A DNA stretch of 64,000 bases, taken from assembly GCA_035627515.1 (NCBI GenBank), contig DASPLQ010000012.1, positions 970,331 through 1,034,330 of the forward strand, written 5' to 3'. Positions 9,679 to 19,233 of the stretch are shown here, one piece after another. The position numbers and the translations under genes were made by a program. Position 1 is the stretch's first letter. Each line of letters begins with the position of its first letter. The stretch comes from Vitreimonas sp. (GTDB lineage: Bacteria > Patescibacteriota > Microgenomatia > UBA1400 > PJMF01). The notes beneath the pieces are model-generated. The model saw only the letters and a list, made by a program, of their open reading frames with translations. It was not told where the DNA came from and searched no databases.

Positions 9679-10605
9679 ATGTCAATAAGTGGTCGAGCCC
9701 TTATTATCATTTTTTTGCTGGGAACCTTAGTGGTGCTGCCTTCTGTAGCTGTCGTTGAAGCGCAATCTTTGTTTCAGCCCCCACAATCAAGTGTAGCTCC
9801 AGCTGAGATTGAAGAAACGCCTCCGCCAATTGAAACTACTGAAGAACTCCCCAGTGATGGGGTGATTGGGGAACGACAGGAATATAAAGCTCAACTGACT
9901 GAGTTAAATGGTACCTATCGGACCCAACTAGAGAAATACCGCAACTTAGAACGTCAATTTGACGTCACTAAAGGTCAGTGGCAAAAAGTGGGCTCATTGG
10001 GTTCATTAGAGGCAGCGGTGAAAGCTACCAAAGAAGTGATGATCGCTCGGTCAGAAGTCTTGACCACGTATTTGACGTTACTTCGCTTGGAAGTCTTACA
10101 AACCACTGGTATTAATGTCATTCAGAAAGAAGCGCTCCTTTCCGATCTGGATGGAGTAATGGTGGTGCTAGCTGCTCATCAAGAGAAACTCCAAAACATT
10201 GCTAGTCGCAATGAAGTAAATGCTCAAGTGGCCGAGTTTGTGTCAGTTAAAAAAGAAGTGGAGCGCGTTAGTTACACAGCCTTGACGCTATTGGAAGTGG
10301 GACGGTTGCAAGCAGTTTACGACAAGCTCAATGATTTGACTGGTGACATCCGGGAAAACACTCAGGCCAACAGTGATGAAAACAATGCCTTAGTAATTGC
10401 TCAACAACAGCGCGCACTGGATGAAATCCAAACCAAACTTGATGAAGTCCACACCGAGTTACAAGAAATTACGGCTTTTACTGATAAGAGCTCTGATCGG
10501 GAGAGTAAATCTGTTAACGATACTGTCAGTCGCGATTTAAATAAAGTGTATACCGGCCTTTCCCAAGCGGTGGGATTTTTGCGTGAGTTTTTAGGAGTCA
10601 ATTAA
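9679..10605 (+). CDS. Secreted coiled-coil protein, hypothetical
   Basis: Signal peptide followed by heptad-rich sequence with many E/K/Q/L residues. Confidence 0.4.
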   Translation: MSISGRALIIIFLLGTLVVLPSVAVVEAQSLFQPPQSSVAPAEIEETPPPIETTEELPSDGVIGERQEYKAQLTELNGTYRTQLEKYRNLERQFDVTKGQWQKVGSLGSLEAAVKATKEVMIARSEVLTTYLTLLRLEVLQTTGINVIQKEALLSDLDGVMVVLAAHQEKLQNIASRNEVNAQVAEFVSVKKEVERVSYTALTLLEVGRLQAVYDKLNDLTGDIRENTQANSDENNALVIAQQQRALDEIQTKLDEVHTELQEITAFTDKSSDRESKSVNDTVSRDLNKVYTGLSQAVGFLREFLGVN

Positions 10606-11006
10606 TGGCTAATTCAGAACTATCAGAACGACTAGATCAAACTAATTTTGGCTATGAAAAGCCGATTTTTGAAAATGAGCCTCGGATTGTTGATCCTCAC
10701 GCCGTGGTGGCTCCACCCGCGCCCCCTCAGCCTTGGTACAAGCGCCCTTTGGTTTTGGTAGGCATTGCCGGAGGCAGCTTGCTATTTCTCATTCTCATTT
10801 TAATACTCGTTTACATGCCCAAACCTCAATTACCAATCAACTCCATCACGCCTTTTCAACCCACTCAAACTGACACTCAACCGAGTGAGTTTGAGACGCG
10901 CTTAGACCAGGCTAGTCAAGATTTAGAAGCTGCAGATCCCACTCGTCCCACCTTACCTTTCCCTGTGGTCAATCTTGATTTACAATTAGAGAATGTTACA
11001 GAGTAG
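10605..11006 (+). CDS. Single-pass membrane protein, hypothetical
   Basis: ATGA overlap. One transmembrane helix LVLVGIAGGSLLFLILILILVY. Pro-rich. Confidence 0.35.
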   Translation: MANSELSERLDQTNFGYEKPIFENEPRIVDPHAVVAPPAPPQPWYKRPLVLVGIAGGSLLFLILILILVYMPKPQLPINSITPFQPTQTDTQPSEFETRLDQASQDLEAADPTRPTLPFPVVNLDLQLENVTE

Positions 11007-11412
11007 TTTATGCATTGCCTTGGGGCTGATTTCAATCCTGGTGTTTGTAGTGGCCCTCACTAAAAGTAGACGGGGTCAATTTTATTCAGACACGCCGGCT
11101 TTATTTCCGTTGGGTATTTTTGTGTGGGGTGATGCCTTGGCTTTGGCACCTTTTTGGTTGGTAGCAGCGATCATTTTTTGGTGGCTGGAACCAGTGATGA
11201 TTGCACGTTTATTATGTGTCTTTTTTGCCATTCGAGCAGCATATGAAGTCGTGTATTGGATTAATCACCAGGTGGCACATCGTGATTACTGCCCACCCAT
11301 GTTTCGGCAGGTAAAATGGCTCGGTGCTAACGAAGCCGCCATTTTATATCAACTCATGAACATGCTCCAAGTGATTGTAGCCTTGGGTTTGATGATCATG
11401 ACGTATAATTAA
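10993..11412 (+). CDS. Multi-pass membrane protein, hypothetical
   Basis: Four hydrophobic helices. Overlaps the upstream gene. Confidence 0.35.
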   Translation: MLQSSLCIALGLISILVFVVALTKSRRGQFYSDTPALFPLGIFVWGDALALAPFWLVAAIIFWWLEPVMIARLLCVFFAIRAAYEVVYWINHQVAHRDYCPPMFRQVKWLGANEAAILYQLMNMLQVIVALGLMIMTYN

Positions 11413-11417
11413 TAACT

Positions 11418-12740
11418 ATGATAATGACTGACCAAGAGCGATTTGAAAGAGACAGATATACTGGCCAGGGAAGTTTTAGTTTAAGACAGCCAATAACTAA
11501 TCAGGTCGCAGAAATTTTCAAGGGTAAACCGAGTGAGTTAACTGAGCCCGAAAAACCTTCAACAAACGAAGCTGTTAATGCCTTGGCTGCGGCTATTGTC
11601 CAATTACCGCCTGAAGCACGCTTGAAAGCCCTTGAGGATGCTATTAGTGATTTAAAAAAACAAGTCGAAACTTCATTAATACAAGAAACGAAACCAGATG
11701 TTATTGAAGCCAAGCCAGTGGCATATCTCACTAAAGAAGTAGAACAAATTGTACCAGTCACTTTCAAACTTTATTTCTATGGTAAAACCATATACACGCA
11801 GCATAGAGCTGTTCATGATTGGGGTTCTATTCCCAAGAGCGACACAGTACAAAGTGCATATAGAAGATTAAGTGAGATGTATTTCCCTTTTAATAAAAGT
11901 GATCCTCAAGATGTAAATTTACTACGACAATGGACAGAAAAAGCCGGCAGATTACCATTAATTGGTGTGTTAAGAAATGACGCTAATATTGAAATTGGTA
12001 AGTGGTTTATGAGTCGTGATGCAGATAAAGAGGATTTAAAAAAGTTTTCGGGTGATTTGGAAACCGTGCCCTTTTTAGAGTTAATTGATCGGGCTACAAA
12101 TCCTGAGACGCACCTATTTATAATAAATAACAAAGTCATCGTCATTACTACTTTTACGTATTTAGAAGGATTGGGACATCCCGATGAAAGAAGAGTCACT
12201 TCCTCCTTTATTGTTCGAGAGTCTAGTTTAGAAGATGCTAAGAATTCACTCGAAAAAAATGGCTGTTTTATTGCGTTGCCAACCAATGGTCCTTTCATCC
12301 CTTCAGACAACTTTCAAACGGGGCAACTATCTGGTTCTAATCAAGTCACGATTTGTCCTCGACCTGAGCAGTTATTTAAACGACCGAAACCAGCCACTAA
12401 TATGAGGGTTTTATCGGGATGGTTGTCAAATCAAGAAAATAATAAACAGGCTTGTATGTTACAAGGATCTGAGGCCTTATCAAGTTTAGAGCAACGCATG
12501 ATGATCGATGAACTATTACGTGAATTACTGCTATCCCAAAATCCCATTAAAAGTGACCTCTTTATTTCATCACGTCAGACTGGGCAACTCATAACTTTGA
12601 AAAGAATTGTTAGCGCTACTAGCGGTGAACAAATTGACTTAAATGAACTAAAAAGTATTCACCTCCAAACACCCTCTTTTGCCGGGAAGCGTGAGGATGA
12701 TCTCAAATCCGAGGCTTACTCTGCCTCGTTCAACGTTTAG
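11418..12740 (+). CDS. Hypothetical 440-aa soluble protein; AT-rich, with no recognisable family
   Basis: Long ORF whose composition differs from its neighbours. Its 3' end overlaps the convergent downstream gene by 11 nt. Confidence 0.4.
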   Translation: MIMTDQERFERDRYTGQGSFSLRQPITNQVAEIFKGKPSELTEPEKPSTNEAVNALAAAIVQLPPEARLKALEDAISDLKKQVETSLIQETKPDVIEAKPVAYLTKEVEQIVPVTFKLYFYGKTIYTQHRAVHDWGSIPKSDTVQSAYRRLSEMYFPFNKSDPQDVNLLRQWTEKAGRLPLIGVLRNDANIEIGKWFMSRDADKEDLKKFSGDLETVPFLELIDRATNPETHLFIINNKVIVITTFTYLEGLGHPDERRVTSSFIVRESSLEDAKNSLEKNGCFIALPTNGPFIPSDNFQTGQLSGSNQVTICPRPEQLFKRPKPATNMRVLSGWLSNQENNKQACMLQGSEALSSLEQRMMIDELLRELLLSQNPIKSDLFISSRQTGQLITLKRIVSATSGEQIDLNELKSIHLQTPSFAGKREDDLKSEAYSASFNV

Positions 12741-13614
12741 AAATAATTTGAACCCGAGGGCGGCTCATTTCCCACATTACCAAGACTGCCAAGATCCAGA
12801 ACGTGAGTGAGAGTAACGGAAATTGATGATTGCCATAGAGCCAGAGGCTGATTTGGTTGAGGAACTCTGCGACCACTAAAAAATGAAGTGCCAGTTGCAA
12901 GACTTTCATAAAGCTAATTCTCGAGCCATTAAGTTTCAGTAACAAAAAGATCAGTAGCGTGTCACTAAAAATCAAAATCAGGCGACTGATAAGTATCCAT
13001 AAACCTAAGATGAAAGGTGTGATCCATATCCAGTAAGGTTTTAATGAGTGGTGGAACTGAGTGATATGAGTGGCATACATTGAGAAATTATCGGCTGTGA
13101 TGGTGAAATCTTTGTCAAATCCAGGCAGTCTTGTCAGAGGCAGTTCCGCCCATTGGCCATCCACATTTAGAGAATATAGCAATGTCGGTGTCACTGCCAA
13201 CATACTACTGGTAGGTAAGGTAGTAGCAGCAGTGGTAGGGTCAAATTCTTGATTAAAAATATACGCAATTGAACTTGGTAACTCTAGTTCTGTCCGCATA
13301 CTCTCGGTAATAAATGAAGGAAATCTGATTTGCACCGGGCTAGAAGACGTGTGTGATAAACGTTGATTCTGCCAATTAACTGCTAGCTCTCTGGGGAAGT
13401 GTTGTTTGGTTTCCTCAAGGGCTCGAGTCAGGTAAGTGTCAATTTGGGGAAGTTCTCGCATCAGAAAAAAGCCGGTACGAGACAGCGTGAAAAAAACAAA
13501 GGCTATCATAAAAAACCGCAACGAGAACCAAAACGGGGCGCGGATAATGTCTCGGTAGTAAGCTAGGGAAGTGAGGCTCTGAGATAAAACATGCCAAAAG
13601 GTGTGCGGTCGCAT
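12730..13614 (-). CDS. Polytopic membrane protein, hypothetical
   Basis: Multiple transmembrane helices. No catalytic motifs recognised. Confidence 0.4.
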   Translation of the reverse strand: MRPHTFWHVLSQSLTSLAYYRDIIRAPFWFSLRFFMIAFVFFTLSRTGFFLMRELPQIDTYLTRALEETKQHFPRELAVNWQNQRLSHTSSSPVQIRFPSFITESMRTELELPSSIAYIFNQEFDPTTAATTLPTSSMLAVTPTLLYSLNVDGQWAELPLTRLPGFDKDFTITADNFSMYATHITQFHHSLKPYWIWITPFILGLWILISRLILIFSDTLLIFLLLKLNGSRISFMKVLQLALHFLVVAEFLNQISLWLYGNHQFPLLSLTFWILAVLVMWEMSRPRVQIISKR

Positions 13615-13705
13615 TTCTGGAGTATATCATGATTTGACCTCTGGCTTTAAATAGCTGCCCACATTAGCTGAGGATTTGTTAGAATACTGTAGATAAAGGA
13701 GGGCT

Positions 13706-14260
13706 ATGGCATTCGATTTTACACAGTTTCAGACGCAAGCTCAAAAAGCACTTGATCACTTTAAACAAGAATTAGCAACCTTACGCACTGGTCGTGCGCA
13801 CTCCCAATTACTGGATAGCGTTCGCGTAGATGCCTATGGTACTAAGATGATGATCAATGAGGTCGCCAATGTCTCGGTGCCGGATTCTAATCTTTTGACT
13901 GTCACCCCTTGGGACAAGAGTCTTTTGTCTGCTATTGAAAAGGCTATTGCCAGTGCGGGGATTAACTTGAATCCCGTCGTTGATGGCGACATGATCCGTA
14001 TCGTGGTGCCGGCTTTGACTGAAGAACGTCGTAAAGAAATGGTCAAAGTCCTTCACCAAAAGGCAGAAAGTGTGCGGGTGATGTTACGCAGTGTTCGCAC
14101 TGATACTAAGAAAGACATCGAGAAACAAAAAGGTACTTCTGGAGTGAGTGAAGATGACATTAAAAAAGAGGTTGAAACTCTAGAGAAAAAAACTAAAGAG
14201 TTTTTGGATCAAGTTGATCAGCTCGTGACTGTCAAAGAAAAAGATTTATTAACTGTATAG
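13706..14260 (+). CDS. frr: Ribosome recycling factor
   Basis: RBS AAAGGAGGG. 184 aa. LDHFKQELATLRTGRAHSQLLDSVRVDAYG...VPALTEERRKEMVK is canonical RRF. Confidence 0.9.
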   Translation: MAFDFTQFQTQAQKALDHFKQELATLRTGRAHSQLLDSVRVDAYGTKMMINEVANVSVPDSNLLTVTPWDKSLLSAIEKAIASAGINLNPVVDGDMIRIVVPALTEERRKEMVKVLHQKAESVRVMLRSVRTDTKKDIEKQKGTSGVSEDDIKKEVETLEKKTKEFLDQVDQLVTVKEKDLLTV

Positions 14261-14261
14261 T

Positions 14262-15413
14262 ATGACCTTTATTATTTTTGCCCTGATTTTGTCATTCTTA
14301 GTTCTGATTCATGAACTAGGTCATTTTTTGGCAGCCAAATGGGCCAAGATCCGCGTGGAAGAGTTTGGGTTAGGGTATCCGCCCAAAGCCTTAGTGCTGT
14401 TTAAAAAATGGGGCACTGTTTTTACGCTGAATTGGTTGCCTTTTGGCGGCTTTGTGAGAATGGAAGGTGAAGACGGGGAAGATAGTGGAGCTCTAGAATT
14501 GAGTGTCAAACCACCTCAAAGAAATAAAAAGGGCATTGTGCTCGACGAGCGAGGGGAAGCAGCTTTTTTTGAGCGCTCAGCTCTAGAGCGGATGGTGGTT
14601 ATTTTAGCTGGTGCCACCACCAATTTAGTCTTTGGTGTGCTCGCCTTTGCGATCGTTTTTTGTATTTTAGGTATTCCTTCTGGAGCCATCATTGATCAAG
14701 TGGCACCAGGGTCCCCGGCTGCCGCCGCTGGGATTACTCCCGCTGTAGCTGTGATTGGTTTCAGGCACCAAGGTCAGGTGACTAATACTGGTAGTACCTT
14801 GGAAATTATTCAATTTGTGGAAAACCATCGTGGGCAAAATGTGACAGTGATTACTACTGGACCCTGTCAAAATTATGTCTGTGAAAATGAGATTAAAGAA
14901 TTTAATAGTTACTTACGCACCAAAGATGAAACGCCAGCTGAGCAAGGTTCACTGGGGCTCGCTTTCAAAGGTGAGTTCTTTAAGTTTTATCCGTGGTATG
15001 AGATGCCTCTGCGTGGCTCATGGTATGGTTTTAATGAAGCACTCAAGTTGGGTCAGCAGATTTTATTAGCACTCAAGACACTGGGGACGCGTTTAGTCCA
15101 AGTCCAGCTCCCAGAAGAGATTGCTGGTCCGGTGGGCATTGTGGATCAAGCCGCTGAAAGTGGTTTATTTCAACAAGGACCGCTGGCGTTGTTATTTTTT
15201 GCAGGCATGTTATCTATCAACTTGGGAATCATGAACCTATTGCCTATTCCCGCTTTGGATGGTGGTCGAGCCGTGTTTATCATTCTAGAAAAAGTAATTG
15301 GTAGAGAAAAAATGGGCAATTTTGAGTACTACGCTAACTATGGTGGCTTTGTGTTCCTAGTCGCCTTGATTATGGTGATTACAGCCCGAGACATTTGGAG
15401 AATTTTTACTTAA
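14262..15413 (+). CDS. rseP: Site-2 protease, RseP-like (M50 zinc metalloprotease with a PDZ domain)
   Basis: HELGH zinc motif near the N-terminus in a transmembrane helix. PDZ-like GSPAAAAGITP. C-terminal LDGG motif (NLLPIPALDGGR). Confidence 0.7.
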   Translation: MTFIIFALILSFLVLIHELGHFLAAKWAKIRVEEFGLGYPPKALVLFKKWGTVFTLNWLPFGGFVRMEGEDGEDSGALELSVKPPQRNKKGIVLDERGEAAFFERSALERMVVILAGATTNLVFGVLAFAIVFCILGIPSGAIIDQVAPGSPAAAAGITPAVAVIGFRHQGQVTNTGSTLEIIQFVENHRGQNVTVITTGPCQNYVCENEIKEFNSYLRTKDETPAEQGSLGLAFKGEFFKFYPWYEMPLRGSWYGFNEALKLGQQILLALKTLGTRLVQVQLPEEIAGPVGIVDQAAESGLFQQGPLALLFFAGMLSINLGIMNLLPIPALDGGRAVFIILEKVIGREKMGNFEYYANYGGFVFLVALIMVITARDIWRIFT

Positions 15414-15450
15414 TTATTCACATATTTCAGCCAGCTGGCGGACTTAACCT

Positions 15451-15720
15451 ATGCCAAAACGCACTAAAGCTCAAAAACTCAAAACCGCTCAACGCCGAGA
15501 ACACGTGGGCGCTTCAGAAACATCTTTTCAATGGCAAGCTGCTCAGCCAATGACGAGTAAACCAGTTGTTTCGTCTACAGTTTCTCCCAATCGCTTTCAA
15601 TTAGGTGAAGGTTTTTTTGGCTATTCACCAAGCTTGATCTGGGACGATTTGCGCAAAACAGTCATAGTAGTGAGCTTTGTTTTGGGACTGTTGGCAGTAA
15701 TTACTTGGTACATTCAGTAA
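15451..15720 (+). CDS. Small basic protein with a C-terminal transmembrane anchor, hypothetical
   Basis: ORF only; one transmembrane helix at the C-terminus. Confidence 0.3.
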   Translation: MPKRTKAQKLKTAQRREHVGASETSFQWQAAQPMTSKPVVSSTVSPNRFQLGEGFFGYSPSLIWDDLRKTVIVVSFVLGLLAVITWYIQ

Positions 15721-15840
15721 TTGTGGTTACAGTTTCGTAAAACCATCGCCTTGTGACAGGTGTCAGTTTTATGGTACAAATACTAGCATTGTTTTTCGAA
15801 CTCATATAATGGTCACGAGTTTGCGTTGAAAGGAACACTC

Positions 15841-17049
15841 ATGCAGAAAAAAACGTTATTAATGATTTTGGCGCTCTATATTGCTTCTTCCGCCATTTCA
15901 TATGGAGTCTTCTCATTTTTAGCTCCAGCTAAACGCTTAGTGGTGATGAATAATCAAACTGAGGATGCCCCTGTCGTAGAAGAAGAGGAAGATAACGGTT
16001 TGGAGAGTTTGCTGACTATCAATCCTTCAGAACCTAAAGATCAACCCTGTCCTTTAAACGGTCAACTTTACACTACTACTGAAAAAGCTGCTTGGGAACA
16101 AAAACGTCCTTTAGCAGTCATGATCGAAAACACACCTGATGCTCGCCCACAATCTGGCTTGGGTGATGCTGATGTAGTTTTTGAAGCTGTGGCAGAAGGT
16201 GGCATTACCCGGTTCATGGGTATGTTCTATTGTGATGTCCAAGCCTATGACACTCCTTTAGCTCCTATTCGTTCCGCTCGGGTGTACTACATGAGTTATG
16301 CAGCTGGTTTTAATCGCCCTCTGTATGTCCACGTCGGTGGCGCTAATACTCCAGGCCCAGCTGATGCTTTAGGTATTTTAGGGCAATGGGGTTGGAATGG
16401 TGAAAACGACTTGAATCAATTTTCCATTGGTTACCCAACCTTTGTCCGTGATTACAATCGTATCCCCGGTAAAGAAATTGCTACCGAACACACTATGGTT
16501 ACCAGTACTCAAAAACTCTGGGACGTGGGTGTGAAGCGTGAATGGACAAATATGTCTCCATCAATCACCGGCCGTGGTGGCAAAGTCACCCCCGGAACTG
16601 ATTGGAAAGAAGGCTTCACTGGTTGGGAGTTTGAAGATGGTCAAGCTGGTGCTGGCACCGCTCCTAAAGTTTCTTATGAATTCTGGAGTGGGTACGATGA
16701 TTACGCTGTGGAGTGGAACTATGATGCCGCTACCAATACCTACCTGCGCAGCCAAGGTGGTGAGAAACACGTTGACCTAAATAACGATCATCAAATCGGT
16801 GCTAAGAACGTAATTGTGCTCTTGACCACTGAAAAAGGCCCTATCGATGAAAAGAAGCACATGTTGTACGAAACCACTGGAACTGGTGACGCGTTACTGT
16901 TCAAAAATGGTGAAGCTACTAAGATTACTTGGAGTAAGAAGACTCACGAGTCTGAGCTGCAATTCTTGTCAGCTGGTAAACCAGTTAAACTCAATCGTGG
17001 TATGACTTGGATCTCCATTCTCGATAAGAAAGCTCAAGTCACGTACTAA
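15841..17049 (+). CDS. Secreted or lipoprotein-like DUF3048-family protein (YerB-like)
   Basis: RBS GAAAGGAAC precedes the ATG at 15841 (the TTG at 15826 is less likely). Signal and transmembrane segment, then ENTPDARPQSGLGDADVVFEAVAEGGITRFMGMFY, which is DUF3048-like. Confidence 0.45.
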   Translation: MQKKTLLMILALYIASSAISYGVFSFLAPAKRLVVMNNQTEDAPVVEEEEDNGLESLLTINPSEPKDQPCPLNGQLYTTTEKAAWEQKRPLAVMIENTPDARPQSGLGDADVVFEAVAEGGITRFMGMFYCDVQAYDTPLAPIRSARVYYMSYAAGFNRPLYVHVGGANTPGPADALGILGQWGWNGENDLNQFSIGYPTFVRDYNRIPGKEIATEHTMVTSTQKLWDVGVKREWTNMSPSITGRGGKVTPGTDWKEGFTGWEFEDGQAGAGTAPKVSYEFWSGYDDYAVEWNYDAATNTYLRSQGGEKHVDLNNDHQIGAKNVIVLLTTEKGPIDEKKHMLYETTGTGDALLFKNGEATKITWSKKTHESELQFLSAGKPVKLNRGMTWISILDKKAQVTY

Positions 17050-17070
17050 GATTTCATCTGGAATTACTAT

Positions 17071-17105
17071 CAAGCCCTCCGAGCTTAGCTCGGGGGGCTT
17101 TTTGT
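17071..17105 (+). terminator. Rho-independent terminator
   Basis: 11-bp stem AGCCCTCCGAG/CTCGGGGGGCT followed by TTTTTG. Confidence 0.7.
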
Positions 17106-17236
17106 TTAGCAGAGATAAAAGGAACTTGAATGTGGTCGCATTTATCGTTACAATTTGAGTACAGATTGTATAGAAGTTTCGGACTTTTTATTTAAGTTTT
17201 AAATGTGTAAGATAATAGACGCAGAAAGAAAGAGCT

Positions 17237-17836
17237 ATGAGTAGTCTTCAAGATTTCATGATTTCACGCGTCCGGGAACGGATGATGGAGTTGTTTTTCA
17301 CTAAACCTGATGAAATGTTTTACGTCCGGGAAATTACGCGTGCCACTAAAGAAGAAATTAATGCAGTCCGCCGTGAGCTGGACCGGATGATTAGTTACGG
17401 TCTGATCAAAAGTGAGCAACGGGGGAATCGTCTGTATTACTTTTTAAATAAAAAATACCTCTTCTTCCAAGAGTTGCAACAGATGGTCGCCAAGAGCAGC
17501 GGTTTGGGCAAGAAGATTCTCAAAGCCAAACCCAAGTTAGGCACAGTACAGTTTGTAATGTTCTCTGGTAAGTTTGTTCGTGGCTTGCGCCCTCGTCAAG
17601 ATGAAGTCGATGTCTTAGTGATTGGCGATATTGTGTTATCTGAGCTCCAGGCTTTAGTCAAGGAAGAAGAAGCCAAAATTGGCCGCGAGTTAAACTATGC
17701 GGTCTTTTCTAATGAAGAATTCACGTTCCGCAAGACTCGCCGGGATCCCTTTATTATGGACATCTTATTTGCGACCCGGGTCATGATTATTGGGAGTGAA
17801 GACGAATTTGTAGAACGTCAGGTTCCTGGCTTGTAG
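17237..17836 (+). CDS. Winged-helix DNA-binding domain fused to a minimal nucleotidyltransferase-like domain (MntA/Pol-beta-type motif)
   Basis: N-terminal wHTH-like VREITRATKEEINAVRRELDRMISYGLI. Then GTVQFVMFSGKFVRGLRPRQDEVDVLVIGD resembles the GS..RG...SDxDLLV nucleotidyltransferase motif. Confidence 0.4.
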   Translation: MSSLQDFMISRVRERMMELFFTKPDEMFYVREITRATKEEINAVRRELDRMISYGLIKSEQRGNRLYYFLNKKYLFFQELQQMVAKSSGLGKKILKAKPKLGTVQFVMFSGKFVRGLRPRQDEVDVLVIGDIVLSELQALVKEEEAKIGRELNYAVFSNEEFTFRKTRRDPFIMDILFATRVMIIGSEDEFVERQVPGL

Positions 17837-17879
17837 TTTACTAAAAAGGGTATAAACTAATCCAATCTGCCTCCGTACT

Positions 17880-19232
17880 ATGTTTACTCACTTACGCACG
17901 TTTTTGCTGATCATTTTCTTAACCGTGGTAGCGGGCTTGATTGCGATGCCCCCAATAGTACCAATTCAATTCTCTGCTTTTGGGCGTGATTTTAATTACA
18001 CATTACCTGGCCCCAAGTTTAACTTCACTTTTTTAGGTCGGCCTATTAGTCATGAATTTGAGCTCAAACAAGGTCTGGATATTCAGGGTGGGATGCAAGT
18101 CGTACTCCAGGCTGATATGTCACAAATTCCGGTCACGGAGCGAACAAAAGCTTTAGAAGCCGCTCGAGCCATTATGTTGCGCCGGGTAGACTTATTTGGT
18201 GTCAATGAGCCTGTAGTCCAAACTTCTCAAGTCGATGATCAATATCGATTAATTGTGGAGTTAGCTGGGGTGGAGGATCCTAACCAAGCGCTGCAGCTGG
18301 TAGGAACGACAGCTGAGCTTGATTTTCGACTAGAGGCAAGCACCTCATCTGAGGCAACAGCATCGGCAATTGCGTATTTGAGTTCCTTTCAAACCAGTGG
18401 CTTAACAGGTAAAGAGCTCAAGTCAGCTGAAGTCCAGTTTGACCCTCAGACTAATGAGCCAGTGATTGCCCTCAGCTTCAATGATCAAGGCCGGGAGTTA
18501 TTTGCCGAGATTACCAAAGCCAATGTGGGCAAGGTATTAGCCATTTTTATTGATGGTTTTCCGGTGGCGATGCCGGTCATTAATACCCCCATTTTAGATG
18601 GCCAAGCGATCATGACAGGTGGTTTTGGTTTAGAAGATGCCAAACAACTGGCCATCCAGTTGCAAGCGGGCGCTTTGCCGGTGCCGGTGGAAGTGCTTGA
18701 ACAACGCACGATTGGTGCCAGCTTGGGTCAAGAATCAGTGCAACGTAGTATTAGAGCTGGAGCCATTGGGATTGGTTTAGTGATGTTGTTCATGATTTTA
18801 TATTATGGCTGGCAAGGCTTTTTAGCATCGTTGGCTTTGTGCGTCTATGCCGTGTTAACGATTGCCATTTACAAAATTCTGGGCGTGACCTTGACGTTAC
18901 CTGGTATTGCTGGGTTACTGCTGTCTATTGGTATGGCTGTGGACTCTAATATCTTAATTTTCGAACGGATGAAAGAGGAGTTGCGGATGGGGCGGTCGTT
19001 CGAACGAGCCATGGAGCTAGGGTTTGGTCGGGCTTGGGATAGTATCAAAGATGCCAACTTAGCCACCATCATGACTGCAATGATTTTGATCAATCCTTTA
19101 GATTTACAGTTTCTCAACACCAGTGGCTTAGTCCGTGGTTTTGGTATCACCTTGCTGATTGGTGTGTTAGTCAGTTTATTTACTGGTATCGTGGTGACGA
19201 GAACGCTGATGCGCTTGTTTTTGAAAGGCTAA
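17880..19232 (+). CDS. secD: Protein translocase subunit SecD
   Basis: First transmembrane helix, large periplasmic domain, and six C-terminal transmembrane helices with the SecD signature. Adjacent to secF. Confidence 0.85.
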   Translation: MFTHLRTFLLIIFLTVVAGLIAMPPIVPIQFSAFGRDFNYTLPGPKFNFTFLGRPISHEFELKQGLDIQGGMQVVLQADMSQIPVTERTKALEAARAIMLRRVDLFGVNEPVVQTSQVDDQYRLIVELAGVEDPNQALQLVGTTAELDFRLEASTSSEATASAIAYLSSFQTSGLTGKELKSAEVQFDPQTNEPVIALSFNDQGRELFAEITKANVGKVLAIFIDGFPVAMPVINTPILDGQAIMTGGFGLEDAKQLAIQLQAGALPVPVEVLEQRTIGASLGQESVQRSIRAGAIGIGLVMLFMILYYGWQGFLASLALCVYAVLTIAIYKILGVTLTLPGIAGLLLSIGMAVDSNILIFERMKEELRMGRSFERAMELGFGRAWDSIKDANLATIMTAMILINPLDLQFLNTSGLVRGFGITLLIGVLVSLFTGIVVTRTLMRLFLKG

Positions 19233-19233
19233 T

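Noticed and set aside
13808-14059. Antisense ORFs within frr, rseP, secDF, aspS, dnaX and other well-supported genes (many 60-160-aa calls in the track)
   Set aside because: They overlap well-supported conserved genes on the opposite strand and have no independent signals.
15826-15840. TTG start at 15826 for the DUF3048 protein
   Set aside because: The RBS GAAAGGAAC is positioned for the ATG at 15841. The TTG would place the RBS inside the coding region.
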